A stretch of 48,474 bases of DNA from a virus (taxonomy: Duplodnaviria; Caudoviricetes), in the IMG/VR virus record IMGVR_UViG_3300011443_000019, positions 1 through 48,474 of that record; one strand, written 5' to 3'. The notes beneath the pieces were generated by a model that saw only the letters and a program-made list of their open reading frames with translations, was not told where the DNA came from and did no database searches. Shown piece after piece: positions 26,821 to 36,270 of the stretch. How positions within the stretch are numbered: position 1 is the first letter of the stretch; every line of letters starts with the position of its first letter. A program made the translations under genes and the position numbers.

Positions 26821-28217
26821 TGGCCCTCTCCGGCAGTACCGTCTTTGAAGTCCGCACGGCTGGTGCCGATACCAACGGGGGCGGCTTCGTGACGGGTGCG
26901 TCCGGGTCGGACTACTCGCAGCAGGACGCAAAGAACACGGTGGGGTCTGACATATCCACGACGGACGCGGTGGCGAACGGGACCACCACGTTGACCTCCG
27001 CGACGGCCAACTTCGGCACCACCATTGTCGGCAACATTATCTACCTACAAGGTGGGACCGGCAGCTTGGCGGCGGGCTGGTACCAAGTCACCGCGCGGGC
27101 CTCAACGACCTCGATCACGTTGGATCGGACGGTGGCGGCTGGCACCGGGATCACGATGAATATTGGCGGGGCGCTCGCCTCGATGGGGCGAGCGGCTACA
27201 CTGGCGATCGTCTCGGGTATGTACGTCTACCTTAAATCGGGCACTTACGCGATCACCTCCACGACGCAAAACGCCGACGCGGGCCGCGTCGTCGCCACGC
27301 AGAACACGGGCTACGAAGCCTACCAGACCACACGGGGCGACCTCGGGGCGCAAGCGATCATGCAGGCGAGCGGGATCGCGTCCACGACCATCATCAGCGG
27401 GAACGGCACGCCTGTGGTGTATCGAGGCATCACCGTTGACGGGGCCTCGCTCACGGCGATCAAGGGGTGGAGTTGTCCGGGCCTCATGTACAAGTGCGGG
27501 GCGATTAACTGCACCAATACGGGTTTCGATGATAACTCTACGACCGGAACCACGTGGAAGCAGTGCTACGCCACTGGCTGCACGACCGCCGGCGCGGCCT
27601 TTCTCATGGCAAACGCCATCGGCGTCAACTGTATCGACTGCATCGCCTACGACAACACGATCGTCGGCTTCAGCATGGACATCGGGGCGACCGCGATCCG
27701 GTGTATCTCCTACGGGAACTCTGGCGCCTCGTCGGACGGCTTCTACATGACTGGCTCAGGGGCCCATTGCTGTGAGTGCGTGGCCTATGACAACGGGCGG
27801 GACGGGTTCCGTATCGACGGCGGGGCCAATCTCATCCAGAACTGTCTCTCAGAAGGGCACGCGGCGGGGTGGGGATTCATCATCACGGGTGCGTCGGCAC
27901 GGAATAACCAACTGGCCAACTGTGGCAGCTACGACAACAACAGCGGTGACTTCTCGATCGCCAACACGGCTAGCAATCGCAATTATAGTTCCGTGACGGG
28001 CTCGAGCAGCTTCTTTGTTAACGCGGCTGGTGCCGATTTCGCCCTGAACAATACGGCCGGCGGCGGACTCGACGCGCAGGGGGTGGGGTATCCAGGCGCC
28101 CTTCCTGTCGGGGGCACGGGCTACATCGATCTGGGGGCGCTCCAGCATCAGGACGGTGGCGGTGGCAGTCCTGGCGGCGGTGGTGGGTCTGAAGTGGCCT
28201 ATGGGTTTATCGGATGA
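26820..28217 (+). CDS. Right-handed beta-helix (pectin-lyase-like) tailspike/structural protein
   Basis: Periodic CxAxxNxxxGF repeats; IDLGALQ C-terminal motif. Confidence 0.72.
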   Translation: MALSGSTVFEVRTAGADTNGGGFVTGASGSDYSQQDAKNTVGSDISTTDAVANGTTTLTSATANFGTTIVGNIIYLQGGTGSLAAGWYQVTARASTTSITLDRTVAAGTGITMNIGGALASMGRAATLAIVSGMYVYLKSGTYAITSTTQNADAGRVVATQNTGYEAYQTTRGDLGAQAIMQASGIASTTIISGNGTPVVYRGITVDGASLTAIKGWSCPGLMYKCGAINCTNTGFDDNSTTGTTWKQCYATGCTTAGAAFLMANAIGVNCIDCIAYDNTIVGFSMDIGATAIRCISYGNSGASSDGFYMTGSGAHCCECVAYDNGRDGFRIDGGANLIQNCLSEGHAAGWGFIITGASARNNQLANCGSYDNNSGDFSIANTASNRNYSSVTGSSSFFVNAAGADFALNNTAGGGLDAQGVGYPGALPVGGTGYIDLGALQHQDGGGGSPGGGGGSEVAYGFIG

Positions 28218-28429
28218 ACTTGACCCCTGAGATCCGGAACCTCCTGATCTTTACGTTCCTGGCGGTGCTCGCCGTCTTCGCGCTGCGGGGGTGCGAGAGC
28301 CCGGCGGCCGTGCCGTTCCCGAGGGCCGATCTCCTTGGGCCGATCGATTCGTTCACCACGCGTCGGGTACCGGCGCGGGCGCTACTCGACCGACCACAGG
28401 GGGGAGACAGGTATGGCACCAGACGATGA
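28214..28429 (+). CDS. Small putative lipoprotein
   Basis: Hydrophobic N-terminus ending in lipobox-like LRGC. Confidence 0.45.
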   Translation: MNLTPEIRNLLIFTFLAVLAVFALRGCESPAAVPFPRADLLGPIDSFTTRRVPARALLDRPQGGDRYGTRR

Positions 28430-28898
28430 GGCGCTCGCCGATGCGATCGCGGCACGGCTCGCGCATCGGCGATCGATCAAGAAGAACGGTGAGCCGTGGT
28501 CGGAATACTTTGGCAAACTCATCACGCCCGGTCGGCTGGCGTGGCTCGTGCTGTTCATCGTGCAGGGGATTCAATTGGCCTGGGGGGCGGGGCGACAGTT
28601 CCGCGACGTGCAGATCCGCTTGGAGTCCAGCGATCAGACGGCCGCAATCGTCAAGGGCCTGGAGGACAATACAGCCACGCAAGGCGCACTCACGGCTGAA
28701 CTTCGGGACACGGTCGACCGACTCATGCAAGAGAATGACGTGCTGGCGAAGACGACGCGTGGCCTCAACGAGCAAGTGCGGCTCACCGTCACCCGCGGGG
28801 AGTTTCAACGGGTCGTGCAACTCCAACTGATTCCGCGGCTCGAGAAGATCGAGAAGGCGCAAGCGACGGCGGCGACGTTCTCTGGAGAGAAACCCTAA
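28413..28898 (+). CDS. Membrane-anchored coiled-coil protein (lysis-region candidate)
   Basis: GGAG RBS, ATG 28413; one TM followed by heptad-rich region. Confidence 0.6.
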   Translation: MAPDDEALADAIAARLAHRRSIKKNGEPWSEYFGKLITPGRLAWLVLFIVQGIQLAWGAGRQFRDVQIRLESSDQTAAIVKGLEDNTATQGALTAELRDTVDRLMQENDVLAKTTRGLNEQVRLTVTRGEFQRVVQLQLIPRLEKIEKAQATAATFSGEKP

Positions 28899-28911
28899 AC
28901 AGGAGAATCCC

Positions 28912-29046
28912 ATGCATCTCATCCTGCTCGTCCTCGCGTTGTTTTGTTTCGTGGTGAGCGCGGTGCCCGTCGCCGCAAGCGTGTGGAGTTTGTTGATCTC
29001 GCTCGGGCTCGCGGCCCTGGTGGCATCAAAACTGCCCTGGCGATGA
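28912..29046 (+). CDS. 44-aa two-TM protein, holin candidate (absent from ORF track)
   Basis: AGGAG RBS; MHLILLVLALFCFVVSAVPVAASVWSLLISLGLAALVASKLPWR; ATGA overlap with next gene. Confidence 0.65.
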   Translation: MHLILLVLALFCFVVSAVPVAASVWSLLISLGLAALVASKLPWR

Positions 29047-29447
29047 CGGATCCGCCTGTCTCTGTGCGCGTGCATTTGGAAGCCCTGATCACGGCGAACG
29101 ATCAGAAGTATCAAGCGCAGTTCAACGCGCAACAAACCGCCGTGAGCACGGCGCTCGCGTCTGCGGCGGCCGCCGTCGCGAAAGCCGAGACGGCCGCGGA
29201 TAAGCGGTTTGAGAGCGTCAACGAGTTTCGGGCACTCGTGTCGGATCAGCAACGGACGCTGATGCCGCGGGTGGAGTCCGAAGTGCGACTCCATAGCTTG
29301 TCGGACAAGTTGTCGGTACTCGAGGCGAAGGTCGAGTCCATTCTCGCGGAGAAACGCGGCGTCTCCGGCGGATGGGGGTTTGCCGTCGGGATTGCGGGGT
29401 TTATCGCCGTGGTGCTGTCGCTCGTCAATGCGCTCGTGAGTCGATGA
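29043..29447 (+). CDS. Coiled-coil protein with C-terminal TM
   Basis: AVAKAETAADKRFESVNEFR helical region; hydrophobic C-terminus. Confidence 0.7.
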   Translation: MTDPPVSVRVHLEALITANDQKYQAQFNAQQTAVSTALASAAAAVAKAETAADKRFESVNEFRALVSDQQRTLMPRVESEVRLHSLSDKLSVLEAKVESILAEKRGVSGGWGFAVGIAGFIAVVLSLVNALVSR

Positions 29448-29716
29448 CTGGCGTCGGAGGGAGTCCCGCGCCGAAGGGGGTCGCGTTCATTCCGCCACCG
29501 ACGCCACTGCTGTCGGACGCCGTGCGGGTGATCGACCGGATGACGGCGCAACTCCCGCCGGACGCCGTCGGCGCGATCGTGAGCCTGTCGACAAAAGACG
29601 GCTGGAATGCGGCCGTCGTGCATCGGGTCGGGAGTCGGTTCGCCGTGGTCTGTTGGATCGGGAAGCACTGGGGCGGCGGGGTGACTGGAGCCGGAGCGAT
29701 CCGGGCGGTGTGGTAA
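29444..29716 (+). CDS. Hypothetical protein
   Basis: ATGA overlap; MTGVGGSPAPKG...; ends in beta strands with terminal Trp. Confidence 0.6.
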   Translation: MTGVGGSPAPKGVAFIPPPTPLLSDAVRVIDRMTAQLPPDAVGAIVSLSTKDGWNAAVVHRVGSRFAVVCWIGKHWGGGVTGAGAIRAVW

Positions 29717-29893
29717 ATGGCGGATCCCGCTACCTGCACCGGCTGTGGACGCGCCTTAGCACCCACCGTCCGCCGCATCGTGGACGCCACGCGAAAGATC
29801 GTGCGGTGCGATCTGTGCCCGAAAAAGAAGTACGCCCTGAGTTACAACGACCGGCAACTCCTGAGAGGGCTCCGGATCACACCGGACGACTGA
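29717..29893 (+). CDS. 58-aa Zn-finger microprotein (absent from ORF track)
   Basis: MADPATCTGC...VRCDLCPKKKY...; starts immediately after the upstream TAA. Confidence 0.6.
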   Translation: MADPATCTGCGRALAPTVRRIVDATRKIVRCDLCPKKKYALSYNDRQLLRGLRITPDD

Positions 29894-29942
29894 CGGACGT
29901 GTCCGGTCACGAAATCGAAGGGGACTATTGAAAGGACACGCT

Positions 29943-31949
29943 ATGCCGCCACAGAATCAAGCCCCGATCGGGAGCCTCAAGCTCGTCACGCCGATGCCGA
30001 TTCGCGTCGGGCAGATGTTCGCGGTCGATGTCTCAGGCAGCTACGACCCTGACGGACCGAACCACAAGATCAAGAACGTCATCGTCTGGGGCGAGGGCGA
30101 TGCAAAGTATTCCTTCACGGGCCAGGCGAGCACGCCGATCCCGTTCGGTGGCTACGCGGACACGGGCCCGCACGACATCACGCTCAAACTCACCGACCAC
30201 AAGGGCCGCGAGGGCGGGGCGAAGCTCACGATCGACGTGCAGCCAGCCGTCGTCGAGCCGCCGCCCGTGGACCCGCCGCCGGTCGATCCCGACTTGGTGC
30301 CGGCCGAGTGCCGCACGACCTGGGCGCCGGGCGTGAAGGGTGGGATTCCCTCGCGCACCACGATCTACACCACGATCTACGCAGACCATTTCGGCAACGG
30401 CACGGTCGAAGCGTCCGAATACATTCGATCCCAGATCCTTGCTTGCCCGCCAGAGCAGACCGTCCTGCTCTCCGCCGGCACCTTCCAGATCAACGACTAC
30501 GTCCTGCTCGACAAGGACATCACGCTGCGTGGCGCGGGGCCTGGGCAGACGCTCCTGCGGAAGACGAACGGCGCGGTCGAAGGCTCGCATCTCTCGGACG
30601 AGCAAGAGCCGCTGGTGATCATCGGCCCCGAGCGGTGGCCGAAGCTCGACGCCCCCACGAACCTGACGGCTGATGGGGTCAAGGGCAGCATGTCCGTCGT
30701 CGTGCAGGATGCGACCGCGTTCACGGCTGGCGACTTCGCGCTGCTCGACGAGGACCATTACGCGACCGGGGCCTGGCGCGACCTGCCGCCGCGGAACGGG
30801 CAACCGCACGACGTGAAGATCTGGGCGTCCGACCGGATCGTGTTCCCGCCCTACACGCCGGGCTACGTCGAGGGGGAGCCGTTCCCGCCGGAGTTGACGT
30901 GGTTCAGTCGGCCCGGGCGACCGCTCAACGAGATCAAGGAGATCGCGTCCGTGTCGGGCAACACGATCACATTCACGACGCCGCTGCACACGGACTATCA
31001 CCTGGCGCAAGCGGCCCAACTCACAAACTACGTGCATCCGCATGTGCGACGGGCCGGGCTTGAAGATCTCACCGTGTCCGGCGGGTCAGATGCGAATGTC
31101 GTCTTCGAAACCGCAGCCGAGTGCTGGTTGAAGAACGTCGACTCCACGTCCTGGCTCGGGCCTGGCGTGGCGGTGAATCAATCCTTCCGCGTCGAAGTGC
31201 GCGACTCCTACCTGCACGACGGGGTGCATCCGTATCCCGGCGGCGGCGGCTACTGCCTCAGTCTCTCGGGCGGGTCTGCTGAAGTGCTGATCGAGAACAA
31301 TGTCGTGCTGAACGCCAACAAGAACATGGTCGTGCGGTCGTCCGGCGCGGGGTCGGTCGTGGGCTACAACTACATGGATAACTCGTTCATCGGGAATTAT
31401 CACGAGTGGGTCGAGGTGGGCATCAACGGCTCGCACATGCTCGGCGGACATCACATCTTGTTCGAGGGTAACCAGTCGCACAACTACGACTCCGACAACA
31501 CGCACGGCGGCGCGATCTGCATGACCGTATTCCGGAATCATCTAGTCGGGCGGCGTCGAGACTTCCCTGGTCAAGTCAATGGCCGGTGCGCCGGGCTGAT
31601 GTTCGGCTCATGGTGGCATGCCTTCCTGGGGAACGTGCTCGGCGAAGATGGGCAGATGGACGGCTGGAGTTTCGAGACGTGGGCGGACAAGACCATCTGG
31701 AAACTCGGCTACGACCCGTCGAACTGGGGTCAGGCGGCTGACCCGAAGGTGCTGGAGACGGTCCTGCGCGATGGGAACTTCGACTACCTGACGAACACGG
31801 TCAAGTGGGACCGCGACCAGCAGCCGTTACCGGCCTCGCTCTATCTGACCGAGAAGCCCGCCTTTTTCGGGGCGCATCCGTGGCCGTGGGTGACGCCGGA
31901 GTCAGAGACGAAGTTGGCCGTCCTGCCGGCAAGGCTCCGGGCGACGTAG
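29943..31949 (+). CDS. PKD-like domain plus pectate-lyase-like beta-helix (putative depolymerase)
   Basis: VDVSGSYDPDG..WGEG (PKD), Pro linker, TVLLSAGTF..ITLRGAGPGQT, VLIENNV and ILFEGN beta-helix coils. Confidence 0.8.
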   Translation: MPPQNQAPIGSLKLVTPMPIRVGQMFAVDVSGSYDPDGPNHKIKNVIVWGEGDAKYSFTGQASTPIPFGGYADTGPHDITLKLTDHKGREGGAKLTIDVQPAVVEPPPVDPPPVDPDLVPAECRTTWAPGVKGGIPSRTTIYTTIYADHFGNGTVEASEYIRSQILACPPEQTVLLSAGTFQINDYVLLDKDITLRGAGPGQTLLRKTNGAVEGSHLSDEQEPLVIIGPERWPKLDAPTNLTADGVKGSMSVVVQDATAFTAGDFALLDEDHYATGAWRDLPPRNGQPHDVKIWASDRIVFPPYTPGYVEGEPFPPELTWFSRPGRPLNEIKEIASVSGNTITFTTPLHTDYHLAQAAQLTNYVHPHVRRAGLEDLTVSGGSDANVVFETAAECWLKNVDSTSWLGPGVAVNQSFRVEVRDSYLHDGVHPYPGGGGYCLSLSGGSAEVLIENNVVLNANKNMVVRSSGAGSVVGYNYMDNSFIGNYHEWVEVGINGSHMLGGHHILFEGNQSHNYDSDNTHGGAICMTVFRNHLVGRRRDFPGQVNGRCAGLMFGSWWHAFLGNVLGEDGQMDGWSFETWADKTIWKLGYDPSNWGQAADPKVLETVLRDGNFDYLTNTVKWDRDQQPLPASLYLTEKPAFFGAHPWPWVTPESETKLAVLPARLRAT

Positions 31950-31960
31950 GGAATCGAGAA

Positions 31961-32035
31961 GGCCGGCGAGTGAGCATCCGGCCGCTGGGAACCGGCGCTA
32001 CCCCGGCGCCGGAGGTCGGTGGCTCACTCCCGGCC
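31961..32035. other. Long imperfect stem-loop at the late/early boundary
   Basis: GGCCGG-C-GAGTGAGC pairs with GCTCACTC-CCGGCC; inner CCGGCGC/GCGCCGG stem; no U-tract. Confidence 0.6.
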
Positions 32036-32102
32036 GAGCGTATGTGATTTTCGCATAGGTTTACGGTCGTTCATACAATCTGCGCATGACGCAAGATTCC
32101 AC

Positions 32103-32132
32103 TTGACGTTGCAAGCGTATCGGCTAAATACT
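32103..32132 (+). promoter_or_regulatory. Early promoter, probably leaderless, for the cro-like gene
   Basis: TTGACG (32103) followed by TAAATACT (32125-32132); GTG start at 32140 has no SD. Confidence 0.55.
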
Positions 32133-32139
32133 CTCATTC

Positions 32140-32346
32140 GTGACGAAACAGACCGACGCGGTAACCGTGCTCCAGGCGTTCGTGGACCGGCACGGCAGTC
32201 AGAAGGCGGCGGCCGAAGCTCTCGGAGTGTCGAGCGTGTATATCCATGACTTGCTCCACGGGAAGCGCCGATTCTCGGATCGGATTCTGGAGGCCTTGGG
32301 CCTGCAGCGCATCGTCATTCAGCGGAAGGCGAGCCGTGTCGCTTGA
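32140..32346 (+). CDS. Cro-like HTH regulator
   Basis: SQKAAAEALGVSSVYIHDLLHGKR XRE-type HTH. Confidence 0.88.
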   Translation: MTKQTDAVTVLQAFVDRHGSQKAAAEALGVSSVYIHDLLHGKRRFSDRILEALGLQRIVIQRKASRVA

Positions 32347-32551
32347 GCCCTACGGCGCGGGTCTGGTCACGGAGTCCACACCGGACGGCGCGGACTTCTA
32401 TCGCTTCTGTGACATCCACCAATGGGCGAGTCACGAAGCGGCACGACCTGAGGACACGGGCCGGTGTCCGTTCTGTGCGGTCGACATGGATAACAGGCAT
32501 GGTCTAACTCGGTGGCTCAGACTTAAGGCACGGACAGAGGGGAAGCTATGA
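32336..32551 (+). CDS. Small Cys/His protein
   Basis: GTG start; CDIH...CPFC. Confidence 0.55.
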   Translation: MSLEPYGAGLVTESTPDGADFYRFCDIHQWASHEAARPEDTGRCPFCAVDMDNRHGLTRWLRLKARTEGKL

Positions 32552-32640
32552 ACATCAATCAAGGCGGCGTCTATCTCGGCTACGTTGGCACCGAAGCGGC
32601 CCTCGTGGCGTTCTGTCTACAGCGCAAACTGGCGGCGTAA
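32548..32640 (+). CDS. 30-aa microprotein
   Basis: GAGG RBS; ATGA and TAATG overlaps; MNINQGGVYLGYVGTEAALVAFCLQRKLAA. Confidence 0.5.
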   Translation: MNINQGGVYLGYVGTEAALVAFCLQRKLAA

Positions 32641-32846
32641 TGACCTTCGCAGAGGCGCAGGCCTTCGGCGCGACGGTGGCGAACGACCGACAGGCCGTGC
32701 TCTGGATCGCCGTCGCGTGTGCGGCCTGGGTGGTATTCCTGGTGGCCGGGTGGGACTACCTGAAGCACCGGAAACAGCGCGAGCGGGAGCGCGACACCCT
32801 CGCGTCCCTGCAGGCGTCGGCGGAGTTCTATGATGACGTGGCCTGA
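32640..32846 (+). CDS. Small single-TM protein
   Basis: AVLWIAVACAAWVVFLVAGW hydrophobic stretch. Confidence 0.6.
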   Translation: MTFAEAQAFGATVANDRQAVLWIAVACAAWVVFLVAGWDYLKHRKQRERERDTLASLQASAEFYDDVA

Positions 32847-32988
32847 AGCCCTCGTCTGGGTCGCGGTGGGCGTCGTGTTGCCCTCGGTGCCTCGTATGCT
32901 CCGGATGTTCTTTCGGCGACGTTCGGACTACTTGAAGATCAGCGGGAAAGAGCGCCGGCAGATGTGGGCGAAGGACGGGACGCTGTGA
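32830..32988 (+). CDS. 52-aa membrane microprotein
   Basis: GGAG RBS; MMTWPEALVWVAVGVVLP...; GTGA overlap with next gene. Confidence 0.5.
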   Translation: MMTWPEALVWVAVGVVLPSVPRMLRMFFRRRSDYLKISGKERRQMWAKDGTL

Positions 32989-33158
32989 CACCAGAAAAGA
33001 GACTCACCGACGAAGGCCGCATTGATATTTCGTGGGAACCACCGCAAGGCCCCATTGAGCTTGTCATTCTTTCAGGGCCGGACTTTCGCGAGGTATTCGA
33101 CCTGAGGCAAGAGCGCGGCGACGAAATTCCGATCCACATCGTGCTAAGTGAGAACTGA
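32985..33158 (+). CDS. Hypothetical protein
   Basis: Translationally coupled on both sides. Confidence 0.5.
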   Translation: MTPEKRLTDEGRIDISWEPPQGPIELVILSGPDFREVFDLRQERGDEIPIHIVLSEN

Positions 33159-33535
33159 TGAGCGCGTTGACGGCGGCGGCGGTGGTTCGTGACGGCGACG
33201 TGCATGTGCTCGACTCAGACTTCCCGGTGCGGCGGAAGAAGTTTGCGAAGAGGTGCGGCGACGGCACGGCGCTCAAGGTGCGGATCGAACCGGAACAGGA
33301 CGCGGTGAGATACGGACAATACAAGTATCTCTTCGGGCGCGTCTTTCGCCCGGTCGCGGAGTATGGGCACACCGAGGCCGAACTCTGCTTGATGGCGAAG
33401 ACGAAATTTATGCCGGATGACGGGCGGACGTCGCTGACCGAATTGACCCGCGACGAGATGGAAGCCTTCACGATGCTGGCCGAGCAGTGGTTACGCGACG
33501 AGTTCCCGGATGCGTTCTTTCTTTACGACAAATGA
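33158..33535 (+). CDS. NinB-like recombination accessory protein
   Basis: QYKYLFG.V...AE.GHTEAEL...K.KF....SLTELTRDEM pattern; next to ERF and exonuclease. Confidence 0.55.
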   Translation: MSALTAAAVVRDGDVHVLDSDFPVRRKKFAKRCGDGTALKVRIEPEQDAVRYGQYKYLFGRVFRPVAEYGHTEAELCLMAKTKFMPDDGRTSLTELTRDEMEAFTMLAEQWLRDEFPDAFFLYDK

Positions 33536-33559
33536 AAAAGCCCGCTGATCAGAGCGGGC
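33535..33559 (-). terminator. Intrinsic terminator-like hairpin on the minus strand
   Basis: AAAAA-GCCCGCT-GATCAG-AGCGGGC on + reads as hairpin plus U5 on -. Confidence 0.45.
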
Positions 33560-33591
33560 CGAGCAACACGCGGACAGGAGCCGCGCATCAC

Positions 33592-34362
33592 ATGGCCCAT
33601 AGTAGCACAGCCCCGTTACTCGACGAACCCCAGGACGGCGTTAAGGACGTCGCCCTCGTGCCCGCCTCGGACGCGCCCGATCCCGTTCTCATGTTCGAAC
33701 GGCTGGCGAAGGATCCGAGCGTCGACGTCGAGAAGCTGCAACGGCTGATCGACATGCAGAAGGACATCCTGCGGCACAATGCGGAGTCGGCATTCAATGT
33801 CGCGTTCTCCAAGATGCAAGCGGAGATCCCGACCATCGTCGAGCGGGCCCGGACGGACAAAACCTCCTACGCGCCGCTCGAGGACATCATCCAGCCCATC
33901 CGGCCGATCCTACAGCGGCACGGGTTCTCCCTGAGTTTCAAGACGGAATGGCCGGAGAAGGGAACCGTCAAGGTGGTCGGCATTCTGACGCACGACCACG
34001 GGCATTCCCGCACGTCGGAGTTCGTCGCGCTGGCGGACGCGAGCGGGAGTAAGAACGCGATTCAGGCGTTCGGGTCGTCCGTGTCGTATGGAAGAAGGTA
34101 TACGACTCGGGATCTTCTGTGTATCGTCACGCGGGAAGAGGACGACGACGCCGAGCAGGCCGGGCGGAAGGCACCGAGCGAAGCGCCGCCGGACGGCTAC
34201 GAGGCGTGGCTGGCGACCTTGGAAGGGGTCGCCAGTGAAGGCATGAAGGCCTTCTCGACCGCCTGGGACAAGTCGAATCCAGTCTTCCGGCAATACCTCG
34301 CGCGCACGGCGCCGAAACAACTCTTCGCGATCAAGGCCAAGGCCGGCAAGGTGAAGGCGTGA
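33592..34362 (+). CDS. erf: ERF-family ssDNA annealing protein
   Basis: YAPLEDI...PIL..HGFS, GHS, QAFGSSVSYGRRY motifs; AGGAG RBS. Confidence 0.9.
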   Translation: MAHSSTAPLLDEPQDGVKDVALVPASDAPDPVLMFERLAKDPSVDVEKLQRLIDMQKDILRHNAESAFNVAFSKMQAEIPTIVERARTDKTSYAPLEDIIQPIRPILQRHGFSLSFKTEWPEKGTVKVVGILTHDHGHSRTSEFVALADASGSKNAIQAFGSSVSYGRRYTTRDLLCIVTREEDDDAEQAGRKAPSEAPPDGYEAWLATLEGVASEGMKAFSTAWDKSNPVFRQYLARTAPKQLFAIKAKAGKVKA

Positions 34363-35027
34363 GACTGCACGACGTCGAGCAACGCACGGACGCCTGGCGG
34401 CTCCTGCGGGCCGGTAAGGTGACCGGCACGCGCGCGAAGGCCCTGCTCACGAAGATCGGCAAGGGGGAAGCCGCGGCCCGGCGTGACCTCCGGATGCTGG
34501 TCGTGTCCGAGCGGTTGACTGGACTGCCCCAGGAGAGCGATTACGTGAACGCAGACATGCAATGGGGCGTCGACCGGGAGCCGGACGCCATCGCCGCCTA
34601 TGAAGCCGTCACGGGGCATCTGGTGACGCTGGTCGGGTTCTGTGAGCACGATACCCTGTGCGGCGCAGGCACGAGTCCGGACGGGCTCGTCGGGGACCAC
34701 GGGATCGTCTCGATCAAGTGCCCGAAGACGGCGACCCATGTCCGCTACCTCCGCGAAGGGGTCGAGCCGAGCGAACACGCCGCGCAGAATACGCACGAAC
34801 TGTTCGTGACCGGCCGGCCGTGGCTCGACTTCGTGTCCTTCGATCCGCGTCTCCCGGAGAATCTGCGCCTGTTCGTGCGGCGGGTCACACGCACGGCGGC
34901 CGAGCTCGCCGCCTACGAAGCGGAACTCACGGCGTTCCTCGCCGAGTGCGATACCGAAGTCTCAGCCCTGCTCACCATGTCAAATATACGCGGCACCCTC
35001 GCGGCCGCCGTGGCGGTGGCGTCGTGA
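34359..35027 (+). CDS. YqaJ/lambda-exonuclease-family nuclease
   Basis: QRTDAW..LRAGKVTGT, MQWG..REP, SPDGLV, IKCPK, DFVSFDPR motifs. Confidence 0.92.
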   Translation: MRLHDVEQRTDAWRLLRAGKVTGTRAKALLTKIGKGEAAARRDLRMLVVSERLTGLPQESDYVNADMQWGVDREPDAIAAYEAVTGHLVTLVGFCEHDTLCGAGTSPDGLVGDHGIVSIKCPKTATHVRYLREGVEPSEHAAQNTHELFVTGRPWLDFVSFDPRLPENLRLFVRRVTRTAAELAAYEAELTAFLAECDTEVSALLTMSNIRGTLAAAVAVAS

Positions 35028-35239
35028 GTGGCCTAACCTGGCAGTCCCGGTGCCTCCGGTGTCAGCGGATGTTCACCGCGACCGAGGCCTACGTCGACCT
35101 CTGCCCACCCTGTCAGACCGACGAGGACGCGATGTATGGGCAGGAGCGGGACGCGATAGACGTCGACCGGGAGCCGCCGTCCTGGAGTCGAGCCGCGATG
35201 CGTGAACGTCTCGGCGTGACGGGGGATGTCGATGAGTGA
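35024..35239 (+). CDS. Small Zn-finger protein
   Basis: GTG start; CLRC...LCPPC. Confidence 0.55.
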   Translation: MSGLTWQSRCLRCQRMFTATEAYVDLCPPCQTDEDAMYGQERDAIDVDREPPSWSRAAMRERLGVTGDVDE

Positions 35240-35426
35240 AAACGGCGGACCAGCGCCGAGTCCGAAGGCTGAGCAGTTATTGGTCACGCTGCGGGACTAC
35301 TTCGCCGGGCAGGCCCTCGCCGGACTCCTGGCGGATGGCCTCCGGGACAAGCGGGACGACGACGACATTGCCGAAGTCGCCTACGGCATGGCGGACGCGA
35401 TGCTGAACGAGCGGGAGAGGCCGTGA
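35226..35426 (+). CDS. Conserved small phage protein
   Basis: TLRDYFAGQALAG...AYGMADAML.ER motif, common in phage early regions. Confidence 0.8.
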   Translation: MSMSENGGPAPSPKAEQLLVTLRDYFAGQALAGLLADGLRDKRDDDDIAEVAYGMADAMLNERERP

Positions 35427-35815
35427 TGGCTTTCCATGTTCCTGAAAGCGGCCGGGTAACGACTGGGCGCATGGGATCTGATGCGTCGTTCGGAAACAAT
35501 GGCGCATTCCTGTCGTTTAGCCCTGAGCCTGGTTGGCGGCTCTGGATCATCTGCAGCGACGGTGAAGGATGGGAGCACGTTAGCGTCAGAGCCGAGCGCA
35601 TCTCCAACGGACAGTCACGGATCCCGACGTGGAAAGAGATGTGCGCAGTCAAGGATGTCTGTTGGGACGACGAGGACGAAGTCGTGCAGTTTCACCCTCG
35701 CAAGTCTGAATACGTCAATAACCATCCCCATGTGCTCCACCTGTGGCGGTCGACGACCACAAGAATACCCACGCCTCACCATTCACTTGTAGGCATCATT
35801 ACGGAGCGGACGTGA
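35423..35815 (+). CDS. Conserved phage protein of unknown function
   Basis: GWEHVSV..PTWKEMC.VKD..W...VVQFHP.KSEYVNNHP..LHLWR motif. Confidence 0.8.
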   Translation: MMAFHVPESGRVTTGRMGSDASFGNNGAFLSFSPEPGWRLWIICSDGEGWEHVSVRAERISNGQSRIPTWKEMCAVKDVCWDDEDEVVQFHPRKSEYVNNHPHVLHLWRSTTTRIPTPHHSLVGIITERT

Positions 35816-36270
35816 TGTCCGGACTCCTGTTCCCTACCGATGAACAACTAGTCAGGTTTTGGTCACTGGTTCAGAAGACCGATACGTGTTGGTTGTGGAT
35901 GGGCCGGACAATGCGGAACGGCTATGGGTATTTCGAGTTCAAGCGCGATGGATATAGATCATGCATGGCGGCTCATCGACTAGTGTTCGTCTCAGAGCGG
36001 CGTGACATCCCAGAAGGATACGACCTCGATCATTTATGTCGTGTCCGTGCGTGCGTCAACCCTGACCATCTAGAGCCTGTCACTAGAGCCCAGAACCTAC
36101 AGCGCAGTTCGATTACTGGACCTGGTAAGAACATCAGGAAAACGCATTGCCTTCGAGGTCACGACTTGGCAGAAGCCTATGTGTATCGTGACCGGAATGG
36201 CGTGGTGCATAGGTTCTGTCGATTGTGCCAAAAAGTTGGGGACGCAAGGCGTCGAGCGATTGTCGCGTGA
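35815..36270 (+). CDS. HNH endonuclease
   Basis: CWLWMG..GYG..AHR..LDHLCRVRACVNPDHLEPVT..N; KTHCLRGH C-terminal domain. Confidence 0.92.
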   Translation: MSGLLFPTDEQLVRFWSLVQKTDTCWLWMGRTMRNGYGYFEFKRDGYRSCMAAHRLVFVSERRDIPEGYDLDHLCRVRACVNPDHLEPVTRAQNLQRSSITGPGKNIRKTHCLRGHDLAEAYVYRDRNGVVHRFCRLCQKVGDARRRAIVA

